DNA of 64,000 nt from Yuukianura sp. NJ FZ-2021 (lineage: Eukaryota): assembly GCA_046563655.1 (NCBI GenBank), contig CM102287.1, forward strand, positions 8,184,001-8,248,000. Reading direction: 5' to 3'. Below, piece by piece: positions 12,261-24,049 of the stretch (positions within the stretch are counted from its first letter, which is position 1; each line of letters begins with the position of its first letter). Position numbers and translations under genes: made by a program. The notes under the pieces were generated by a model. It ran no database searches and was not told the DNA's origin. It saw only the letters and a program-made list of their open reading frames with translations.

Positions 12261-15200
12261 TTTGATTTGAATGAATCAATTCGTGACACTGGGGTTAAGG
12301 GAAGTGCCACCCAGAGGACCCTGGAAGGGTTGGAGCTGTTAGGTCCGTGGGATGAGGACAAGATCATTGAGGGCCACTTCATTTGAAAGTAATTGTAATT
12401 GTTATGGGAGTGTTGATAGGACTGATGGTCTACTTAAGACGCCCGTTAACATTAACTCCATGACCTCACTCAACCTTATACGCTGAACCCACTTCCCCAC
12501 CGTGGAAAACCACTTAGTCATGGGAACTTGTCAATTCAATGTCCCTGCAAAAGCAAAAAGAAAGAGAAACAAAAGTTGATTTGATTCGCTAACCTTACTA
12601 GTCTAACCTTTTATTTGAATTTTGATATCAAAATGCAAAGTGTATTCAAATTTTTGAGTACTTAAGTCGTTTAATGTGGTATTCAACTTTCTCGGTTTTT
12701 TAATCTCGACACCTTAGAACTTTTTTTTGGAAGTTGCGTAATTATAATAACAAGTTTAGGTAAATACATTCTTTTGCCGCTTTTCGTTGGAGTGATTGCT
12801 TGTTTTGACGGAATTTATGCAACTTTGCCTCAATTTTTTACACTTGTGTATTTTTAGGCTCACTTTTCACCAGTGACACTGGTGGCAGTGCCATGACCAT
12901 TACTTCTAATGGTCTCTCTGCCCTAAGTGTAAAATGGATACTTTGGCAACAAAGACTCCTTCCGAATTCACTGTAGTTTCTTAGAAAACGAACATTTTGA
13001 ACGAAGACGTTGTCTGAATAAAGTTGTCGTCCGAGAAGTGGATACTTATGTAAAGGAAGAGGAAAGAGAAAGTTCAGATCCGCTTTTTTTCTCAACAATT
13101 TTTGCAGAGACCGAGAACTGAAAAAAATTGAGATGCGAATGGGTGCTTTTAGTGAAGAAGGAAGAGGGACATTCCCATAAGTCTCCCTGCTTTCTCTTTT
13201 TTTCCTGCACTTTCTGCCCAGTCGAAAGAAAGGCCATGAATGTCATCGCGTCGCTTCCACAACTTTCTTTTCAAAAACCATCGTCTTAAAAGTTCCGCTT
13301 CACTTCGCTCCCAACTGCTTCTGCGAGCGTGCTTTGCCTCAAGGAAAACGAAGCTAGGCTGGTGCTGGTCCAAAATTCAGCGGGAAAAGTTCCCGCCGTG
13401 ACAGAATTCATGGGGAAAGATAAGCGGAAATTTATGCTGGGAGATAGGACATTGCCAGGGAGAGAGCGCGGGAATCGCTGCGATATAAAGCAGCGGGTGT
13501 CAAGAGAACACTGAAATCTTACGCTAATTCCTTCCTCTCTTTTTTGCTTTTGCTTCACTTGACTGAACTTCAAAGGGATTTGGAAAGCGCTGCGACGCTT
13601 TCAAGTGAAAGCGCAAAAGAGAAATGAAAATAAATTTTGAAAACTTTTGTGGAAGGATAATGTCAATTTAAATGTCCTTGGGATTTCGGGAATCCGAGTG
13701 CCAAATATCCTTGGTTTACAAAAACTTTTTCCAAATTTTGAATTTTTATACAACTTTCTCCCGCCATTTAAAGAATTTCCATTGTGAGTTGCAAGAATTT
13801 AGAAGATGCAAGCATAGATCGTGTCACACCTCTTGCTGTAAGTTTTAAATTGCCAAATTTCCATAGTCCTTTGATTTTTTTAGGTAAAAATTTCGATTTT
13901 GAAAAAATTGCGTTAGTGTGGAGAATTATTTCGGCGGGAAGAACACTTTTCATCGTTAGTTGGAGTTTTTCTTACTACTTTTTTTCGTGTTCCAAAAGTC
14001 CCATAATCATTTATCAAGTGGGCTTATTTATTTTTTCTCCAAGCGCCTAGAAAATGTTCTAAGAATTCAGGGGGGTCATGAAAATACTTTTGCTTAATAA
14101 AGTAACGTAGAAAGAGCAATTTCAGCGCACACGCTTTTTTCTGTTCCCGAAACGAGCTCAGGCGTTGGATTAATTTACGACATTTGCTCCTCTCTTCCGT
14201 CCTTAACATCTTCTGCGCTCCTCTTCCGCCGACATTTTCTTGTTCCGAAAAAATTTTATTTATTGGTGCAATTTCCTCGGTTTTTCACTTTCACTTCCAG
14301 GGAGAGCCTGGAATAATGTTAAAAAATGGGAAAGACACAGCTGAGACCTCCTTTTTATACATTAGACTCTAAAGTCTAAAGCCTTTTTGCGCTTCGTAGC
14401 TTTTCATAATTTCATACGCTTTGCATGAGTCTTTCTTGAGAAAAAACGAAGAAAAAAAAGACTATTTTGAAACTTCAGCTAACTTACAATTTGGAAAGAT
14501 TCTGTGGGGAGTCATCCCGGGGAGGATTGAAAAAGGAAGAAGAAGGAAATTGGATTCTGTGACTAGAATTTCAAAGAAACGAGAATTGATTACCCTATGG
14601 TTTTCCGAATCAAGGGCCCTTGGGGAACCTAAGTCTGTTAAGGGCTAACCCCTTGAGCTTTAAGATGGGAAGGACTTGGTTCATCATTTCTTTTCTTTAA
14701 GTTTTGTTCAAAATTCGAAACCTGTGGTTACTTGATGGTTACCTGGCTGACCTTCAGGGAACAATAGGATACCCAAAAGCTTTGCCGGGATGAATAATGT
14801 TCTTTTGGAAACCATTTTGAAATTGGACAGGTTTAACCTTCAAGCCCGCCATCCACCTCCACCTCCACACCTGTAAAGTGTACCAATCGCAGCTTTTCTT
14901 AGTTCTTCTGCCTACTTTTCCAAATAACAATCCGAATTTGAAAAAATGATTCATGTTAAGCTGCGATGCAATTTTTCAATATCTCCCTAATTAAAAAATT
15001 TGAAGCAAATTTCGGAAAAGAAAGAAGTTTTCACTTCCGCAGCGCTCATTCTTTCTTAAAAAAAAATTGCATCGCATCTTTACATAGAATCAGTTTTTTT
15101 ATTGCAAAATAAGGATTTAAATCAGCTCTGCAGACGTGAACACTTCTTTCTTTTCCGAAATCTGTTTCAAATTTTTTAAATAAGTTATGTTGGAGAAATT

Positions 15201-18200
15201 CATTAGAGGAATTTGAACTTTCACATTCCAGTAAACTACGAGAAAGAAAAATTTGATCAAAGTTTTTGAACATCTTGGTTTTGAAATTTATGTCTTCCTT
15301 TGTACCATTACGTGTTAATTAAGATTGGTCATGTTCAGTTTTTATTTGTTCCTGTTTTGGTTTTAATTAACAGATCTCAAGATTCAAGAAACTGAAGAAA
15401 CGCAGACTGGATTTCAACCCTTGGCCTTTTGGAACTTGGTTTTGCTCATGTGTGTTTTTTGCCATTGTGATGATCATTAGTTTTCACCCGAAATGGACAC
15501 ACAGTTGTCTTTACGAGTTCTTCCTTTGTTCCATCCGAATTCCCTTCTAGAAGATCCGGATCAGTCGGTTTAATGTTGCCAACGAAGCAGTTGGTCTAAC
15601 TGACCCGCCATTAAGGATCCACCATTTCCGTCTCCACTGCGTACTGGAACAGCATCTTCCTTTGTGCTGAGACTAGCAGTTGCTGGACGACAGTAATTGG
15701 ACTCGTAGTTTCCAAAAAAGAGTTACTCGGAGTCCTGAGTCCATAAAATTCTATTGTTTTGAACCGCAGATCAAGATGGGAGGAAGGATAATGATCAATT
15801 TTCACACCTCTGGTTCAAGCATGTTCTTCCAGAACAAAAAAAAATACAATGTAAACCACAGAACCCAAATAAATATAAATTGGATCCTCAATTTTCTCGT
15901 TCCTTTGATTTTTCTTTGCACTTTTTTCCAATTTTGGTTTGTACATCCTTTGAATTCATAATTCCAGAGCACAAAGTTTTTTTTGAAAGTTGGTCTGTAC
16001 TTACGAGCCATTGTGAGGGCGTGGCTATAAATTAAGGAACAGAGACGCACCTTTCCAGAATCATTTTCTACTTTTCCAACATTGTATTTTTGAAAAACTT
16101 TTTTTTTCTTAAAAAGTAGTTTTTCTTTTACCTAGCCTAACCTTGAGGTTCTTTGACTTTGAATTTTGGTTGTTTTGAGCTTGCCCACCCTTCGGGCACT
16201 GGACTTAAATTAATGGTTGAGTTTTTCATTCCCTGGGAGAACCAACATCATCTCCGGAATTATAACGAAGGAGAGAATCAACTTACAAGTGCACGAAAAT
16301 GATTCAAGACTTTTTGAGTTTCATCTTGTACCTTCCAAGATCAGAAAAACCGGGTTCTCATAACTCAAAATGTCTTCCCCATTGTTTTTTTTTCATTCTG
16401 CTGCATACTCCGACTGTTCGTAGCCTTTGGGAAGCCGCTCGAACGAAGTAGAAGTCTTATAAATAATTCTGAAGGAGTCCACCACCTCATGCACTGGATT
16501 TATGGTAATGGGATTCACCGACTCTCAAATTAAGCGCTACGCTGCACGAAAGAATAAGGCTTTGGTCTTCAACCTAACCAAAAAGCCTATGCTCGAATGC
16601 TGGATTTTGGATGCTGGAGGTACAGTCTAGATTTCTACATTTTGGCTCGAAAACTCTGAATTTCCGTATCATTAAATTGCAAAAAGCGCTGATCTCTGGA
16701 GGAAGTGACGTTGGGAATGGAGACTGCGGGGCTCTGAAGCGCTTTCCAGCATGAGAACAAGGAGAAAGCGGCGGATGTTGTTTTTCCTTGGAGGGAAAGC
16801 CATTATGGAGATTTAGAATCCAATTTTAAATGTTTCTCTTGTGCTGGGGAAATGGGAAGTCGTGAGAAGCATTTGTTAGGAGGTTCTGGGGAACCGCCTT
16901 TTCTAATGCTCCAATTCCAATTTTAAAAGAAAGGACTCACTGGTGGTGCATAAGAATTCCAAAGTTTAGAACCAGAAAATGGACCAACCACCACCGACCA
17001 ACCTCTTCCTAGTTCGACCAGAGTGCTGATGTGTGCTGGCTCAAAAGTTCGACACAAATGTGTAAGCTGCAAACTTGTCAAACCGAATCTGTAAACTGGA
17101 AGGATGTCTACAAAAGTTTGAAGTCGACAAACAAATAAGTAAATTTGGATATGAAATTATTTTGGTCTTCCAGTTCCGTTCCACCAACATCATTCAGGTT
17201 TTTATACTTTGGAGATGATTTTTCGTTAGTTTTGAATTTTTGTGAAAATTTTTATACTCTATCTACTTTCTAAAATGTTAATACTTTTTACTCAAAAAAT
17301 TGATTCAGGAATGGGAGATGAGTGAAAACCGGAGTTTGGAATCAATTTTTCACCAGTCAAGTAGTTTGGTAGATAATTTATTTGATTATTTGTTGACATT
17401 TTTATTAGTTTTCAGAATTGTTTTGACCAATTTGGAAATTCCAATTTGTAGGGGACTTACTCGAGACCTGACTGGAAATAAATGGAAACTGGAATTGAAG
17501 ACGAGATGAAAATCTGAAATCCAGCGACAAGGGCTTGCTTGCTTTGGATCTCTGTGAGGTTTAAACGAATTTGAAAATCTGGACACACATCCACTGAAAC
17601 TTTGTGTCGTAGCTTAGAAAAGTCACGGTGAAAATAATGTTTAGTTTTAGATTTTGCATTTTTATTACCACATTATAGAAACTTACTTTCTTGAAAACAA
17701 CAAAACTCAGCTTCCACTACTCAATTTATAATTGCAACAAGATCCTCCTTCCAAACAAAATCAAAATTGAAAACACTAATCGCATTAGCAATTAATTGCG
17801 CAATTTGGCCAGCATATCAGAGCGATGCTCAAAATTTGTAATTTTTTTTCCATTTTGTCCTCAATTCGTAAAACTTCCGTATGCTCTTGGCTATACCTTT
17901 TAAAAGCTAACGACAACCTTTGACCTCAGGTTAGGCAAACGTCCGTTTAAGGAAATAACATATCAGCATTAGTGAAAAAGTTACATCGGGTTAGGTCACA
18001 TTGGGCAATGCAACCAAAATAAGAAAAGTAAAAAAAGTTGCATAATTATTTTACAGATTTTGTCTCAAGTTTTTGTTTTTATTGCATTTCAATCACATTG
18101 ACTTTTAAAAATTTACCTCAGCACTGCTTTCACCTCTTGTAAACCCTTCGTTTAAGATGCACTTGGAGTACCAAGAATAGTTTTATGAGGGTCAAATCCA

Positions 18201-20049
18201 AGGGACGACAGACTTCCCAGGAAGGGGAAGTGGGCCCTTTGTTTTGATTCCAAGTGACACTTCCAGAACACTTCTTCTCAGATCCAATGACCATGAGACC
18301 AAGGACGGAGTACTTTTTTAAGGCTAAAAAAGCCTTCCTGGTTTATTACTCCTTTTATGATTGCTATTGATAGAAAGGGTGCTGGTGCCTTAAAAATTCC
18401 GAAAATACTGAAATTCTAAGGGATCCCATTCTATTCCTGCTTCCTATTCTAAATTTACCCAAAATACTTCGTTTTCAAAGGGCTCTGAACACTTTTTTAA
18501 GGTTTTTTGGTGACATAAATCGAATCCTTTTCAGTTTTACTTTTGCTCTCGTTTTGTTCAGTGTCCACTGCTTCCTATTTCTAGTGTTTCCAAAATTTTC
18601 CTGTCCAAACGATTTTACTTTTTTAAAAAAATGGATCTGAAAAGGTAAGAAAACTAAAAAAGAATTCAAATAGTTTTAAATCTGCAAGCAAGAGTGTGGG
18701 AAGGAGTAAAGGCGAGGGCGTAAATAACAACAAAAAGAGACAGGAGAGTAATAGAAATAAGTTTTCGAAAGCAATCATGATTTGACAGAAAATTCAATTT
18801 ATGAAAATACCTTACACTCTACGACTTTCTTTGTAAACTCACTGTATGGAGCCGCTGAATTCCGAACCACCCTTGGTCCAAAGCAGTTCGGGTAACCTAC
18901 CAATGAAAACTAACACTAATCATGTTAGTTAATTAGCTTACGTTTCATTTCAACTTTGAACAAATTTTAAATGAATTTCACAGCTTTCTCTACGAAAAGC
19001 GAAAGTCACTTGCCTCATCTTCCGGCGGGTATAGAAATGCTCGGTGTTTTGAAAATACCCGGCAGGGGACAGTTTCAGCCCGAAAAATCGGTTTTTCGCG
19101 AACTGTCTTATTTTGAATTAAATGGCTATCACATACATGTAGAGACTCAAATTTAAGCTATTGTTTCAAAAAATTAAAAAAAAATTCTGCTTATGTCCAT
19201 AACATCAATTCCGAGCGTTATGTAAAAAAAAATCATTGGGTTTTGGATTTGAAAACTTTCTCATAGCTCACTTTCCCAAGAAATTGAAATAGTGTTGAAT
19301 CAGATTGAGTATATTTAGTATAATTCAGCTAAAATTTTCTGAAACGTTAAATTTGGTTAAATAATCAGTCATTTACTTTGTACTCCTCCTGGGACAGTCT
19401 GCTGATTCTTTAAGTTTTTACCAATTTAAAAAAAATTAGAACAGACTGATTCTGTTTGACTGCTGAGAGCCGTCATCTGCCTCTTTCTCCAACTTTGAAT
19501 TGGAACGTGTGGAACTAGAGGGCAGACAAGTTGGAAAGCACAAAAAATGGAAGTGATCTTGTGCTGTGCTATGCCATGAATTTGGAAATGATCTCTAAGC
19601 CCCTCCCTTCTTCCATTTTAAGTGCAAAAAGTGGGATGAGTTTTCCCTTGAAATGGCAACGGAGAGCCACCAACTTCACCTGGGCAGCCATCGCTCCCAT
19701 TTCATTGGCCAACTTTCACTTTCCAACCAAACTAAATCAAATCCACTGCTCTAGAAGCCCCATTTTGTTCAAAACAGTGTTCAAACAGAGTCGTTAGGTG
19801 GCATTCTAAAGTGACGCTTCATCCATGTGAACCAGTTTTTGAAACTACAGTTCAAAAAATACTTCAGTATGGTGAACACTGGTTTTCTTGTTAGGAATTT
19901 TGTTGGCTCCATTTCATAATGTTTTCAAAATCACAACTATGTAAAACTGCTTCTACTTCCACAGTTGAAACCAAACTTCTCCTTTGTCAATAGATGGAAT
20001 TGAAGCGAAAGTCATTTTTTTTAAAGAAAAATTTCGAAATTTTTTGTTT

Positions 20050-23000
20050 TTCAAATCAAAATGTATTTAATTGAACACTCATCAAATTCTAGCTTGATTG
20101 AAGTAGGCTACACCTAACCTAAATTTAAAGTTAATACTAATAGCAATTTGAAATTATCCTGGTTTACGTTTAGAATTTAAAACGGAGATCTTTATCCAAA
20201 CAATATAATCTCCACTTTAGTCTAAAACAAAGTCTTTCAAGAGAAAGTTTTTCAACAACATAGTTTTTTTTAGAAACGGTCTAAATTTTCCAAAAGTTAA
20301 CTTAAACTAGCCTAAACGTGTTTGAGTCAACACTTGAGTAATAATATTACCAATTAATGAACAAAACAAACTTGTTTTCTTTTTGAAACTTTCCAATTTA
20401 AAGCCAAATTTCTACAGTAGAGTTTTAAAAATTCTAAAATTTTCTAAAAATTTACACTTGTAACTCGAAACCACGTGTGTTTACATACGTATAACAGTTT
20501 TCTCTTTGTTCAAATTTTTGTTTTTCTCAACTAGGTTTCCACTCAAGGCTTATTAAGAATTACGTATAATTTCAGTTTCATTATTCCAGTTTTATAAATT
20601 ACGTTTCAGGGTTTACACTTAATTTCAAATTCGTTAGCCTAACATTAGCCTACCTAACGTAACTTTCCCAATTGATTAACCAGTGTTGGCAGCACCCCCA
20701 CCCCACTGGGGACGGGGATGGGGATTATTGGGGTTTTCCCCACCCTCGGAGATGGGGATTTGGGGCTGTGTGGGGATTTCGTTTTTTTTATCCAAAATGG
20801 CTGACTGTTCTTTGTGTTTTTTAATATTATATCAGGGAAATAATGGGATTCTGAACTTCCGGTATTGAATATTTTATATTATATATTATGTATAAATATC
20901 TTATATTTATTATATTACATTTATATAATAATATATGTAACATATTATGTTACAGACATTATAAATATCATTAGGCTTAGCCTTTTACATACTACGTAGT
21001 TATAATATAATAATAATTGTATAATAATATACTATAAATAATATAACAAAAATTATATTATATATTTTAAATAATATTTAATATAAAATAGTCAACGCCG
21101 GAATCAAATTAAAAAATTTAATAACGATGGATAACAACAAAGAACAAAACGGGATGGAGTGTGGGAATGTTCGGGGTGGAGCTACACTGAATTCTGGGTT
21201 TGCGCAGACGCTGCGCATGCGCTGTACAAAACATCGCCAGGGCCCCGATAATCCCCAAATCCCCGGGAATTTGGGGTTAACCCCATTTTCCCGGGGGAAT
21301 CATCAAATCCCCGGGGAAAAGCCAACACTGTGATTAACTAACTAAATTTACAACTTTTAACTCTGCTCATCTTTACAGTTCTAATCGACAGCAATTCCAC
21401 GTCCACTTTTTAAAAAAATCTAAACAACTCTCCACTACTTACTCGTTTACAAATTGTAAACAACTTTCCTAAACAATTCGGTTTCATTCATTGAGAGAGG
21501 TTTGAAGTTGACACTTAAATTTTTTAAGCTGCTTTGGCTCTTAACTGGCCCACTGACTTCCATAACTTTTCCTTTGATTCTTGCCGATTCAAGTGCCAAT
21601 TTCGCAATTTCGCAAAAACTTAAATTGGCAATGTCTCAGTCAAGGGCATCGAAATGTGTCTGTCCCACACCAAGTTGTTAAAGTCAGACAAGAATCAACG
21701 GATTGAATTACAGGAATCAGACAGGCTATTAACTCCAGCTTAAATAGGACCACTAAATTTAAATAACTTATGTTACACTAATATTATGTTAACTTAACTA
21801 CACTAACATTGACATAACGGGATCTTAGATACACAGAAAGCTAAGGGATTAAAGTAATATCAAATTAGTAATTTAGATTTTGTAAATAAAAGTTTAAACT
21901 AAATTTTTTACAAACGTAAATACAAGAGTCAGCAAAGTGAATATGCGACTTAAAGCTTTGAGCACAAACAGGGCAATGGGAATTTGACAAATTTCAAATT
22001 TTTTACAATTTTCGGAGTTCTACAATTTACGGTTTCAAATGTACAATTTTGATGTTTCTTTAAAAAGCGAATTATTTACAAAGCCTTAAAGTGAATGATG
22101 AGTTGAACGTGATTAAAATGACAAATTGCAAATGAGCAGCCACTTTTTTACGAATTGAAGTGAAAGACGGAGAGGGCTCAAAATGGCAATTTTGAATTGA
22201 ATTTTTTTAGAATTCAATTCCATTTTGCAATGCAAGCACACAAGTGTGGAGTAGATCAAAAATTTTGAATTAAGCTAAATTTAAATTAAATTAAATTGTT
22301 ACTGGAAAATAAAATGTTGAAATGAAAATTTTAGTGATTTCGTTCAAAAACTGTAGCCTCACAGAGAAACAACAGAATATAACTTGCAAAACGTTTTTTG
22401 TTTTCATAAAACATTTAAAAAATTTTAAAACCGAACTTAAGTTCTGAAATTTTAGTACAACTAAAGTTGAATTCTGAGTTTTTAAAATTTTAGCACGTAT
22501 TTTGAATTACATGATGGAAAGATGGTGGCATTCTGTACAGTTAACCTTTGAACTTATAATTATACCCTCAAGTTAATACGTATTCGGTTTCTGAAACACA
22601 GTTTTTAACACGTACAGTGACATTTAACACCCGAAAATTTCTATTCATAATAAGAAATGGATTGCTTTTTTCTGGTTTTTTAGAAAAGTCTATTCTAAAA
22701 CAAGCTGCACCCGATTCTGAAACTAGTTTTAAATAAAAAATTAATTTTAGACTGTCTAAATTTCTAGATTTGTCATTAGTTCAAAAAACTTTGCAAACAA
22801 TTGTCACCAGTTATTGCACTCTTAATTACTACGATTGGAATTCCTAAGGCTTAGCATAAGTTAAACAGTTAAAATTCGCGCTAACGTATGATTTTAACGT
22901 TAATTTTAACCCTACCTTAGGATTTTTGCGTTAAAACTGCAGTTACCTAACCTTATAAATATTACTAGGAGTTGCATTTTCATTTTTTTAGTCTAACAAA

Positions 23001-23157
23001 CTGAGGTCAACAACATACGTATATTGTTTAAAATTGGATTTCCTTTAAGTTACGTTATGGATGTGTCATAGCTCCTAACCCTTGGTAAAATGAGAGTTTC
23101 CCACACGGTGGGGCATATGGCGGGGCATGGTGGGTCAACTAGAGCCACCGCTGTAGT
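20050..23157 (-). other. abd-A: putative long abd-A 3' UTR (distal end uncertain)
   Basis: AT-rich region immediately downstream of the stop, containing six iab-4/iab-8-type ACGTAT cores. A candidate AUUAAA lies at 20071-20066. The end point is a guess. Confidence 0.45.
20681..21330. mobile_element. non-autonomous hAT-superfamily element (MITE), 650 bp
   Basis: Perfect 10-bp terminal inverted repeats CAGTGTTGGC (20681-20690) and GCCAACACTG (21321-21330). An 8-bp target-site duplication TGATTAAC lies at 20673-20680 and 21331-21338. It has G/C-run subterminal repeats (GGGGAT/ATCCCC), a very AT-rich core and no transposase ORF. Confidence 0.92.
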
Positions 23158-23667
23158 TTATTTCGACTGCGGTGAGTCTATAGGTGAAATTCGGTCGTCC
23201 TTGAGAATGGACGAAGTGTCAGAGTTGCTACTTGGGGAAGAGCCCATCATCATTTTCCCGCCATCCCGGTCTCCATTGCCCCCCATCAGGGGAAGTCCCA
23301 TGCCCCCCAGTCCGAATCCAATCCCACCGAGCCCCACCAGTCCCCCCATGCCCTTAGCATGATCTGGCAGAAGAGGATGGTGATGTCCATGTTCCATGAA
23401 GGATCCAGGATGATGCGTAGTCTTGTTGGAGCTTATGGAGCTGGAACTGCTACTGCCCGATTTGTCCCGGTTTTTACTTTCGCCGTTTTCACTCGGTCGA
23501 TCTCGGTCACGATCGGAACGTTCTCGAGATGATCGATTTTTGTCACCACTGGAGTCTCCTGACTTGTTTGAATGTTTGTCGCTTGTGTGCTCTTCACGCT
23601 CACGACGAGCCTGTTCGTTAATTTCTTTGACTGCTCGGAGTTCTTTCTTTAGTTTCATCCGTCGGTT
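23158..23667 (-). CDS. abd-A: abdominal-A coding exon 3 (end of homeodomain, UbdA peptide, C-terminal tail, stop)
   Basis: Acceptor TAG|AAC CGA CGG ATG. Encodes NRRMKLKKELRAVKEINEQARRERE, the diagnostic Abd-A form of the UbdA motif, and runs to TAA at 23160-23158. Spliced CDS is 505+188+510=1203 nt, or 400 aa plus stop. Confidence 0.95.
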   Translation of the reverse strand, partial: NRRMKLKKELRAVKEINEQARREREEHTSDKHSNKSGDSSGDKNRSSRERSDRDRDRPSENGESKNRDKSGSSSSSSISSNKTTHHPGSFMEHGHHHPLLPDHAKGMGGLVGLGGIGFGLGGMGLPLMGGNGDRDGGKMMMGSSPSSNSDTSSILKDDRISPIDSPQSK

Positions 23668-24049
<382 letters not shown>

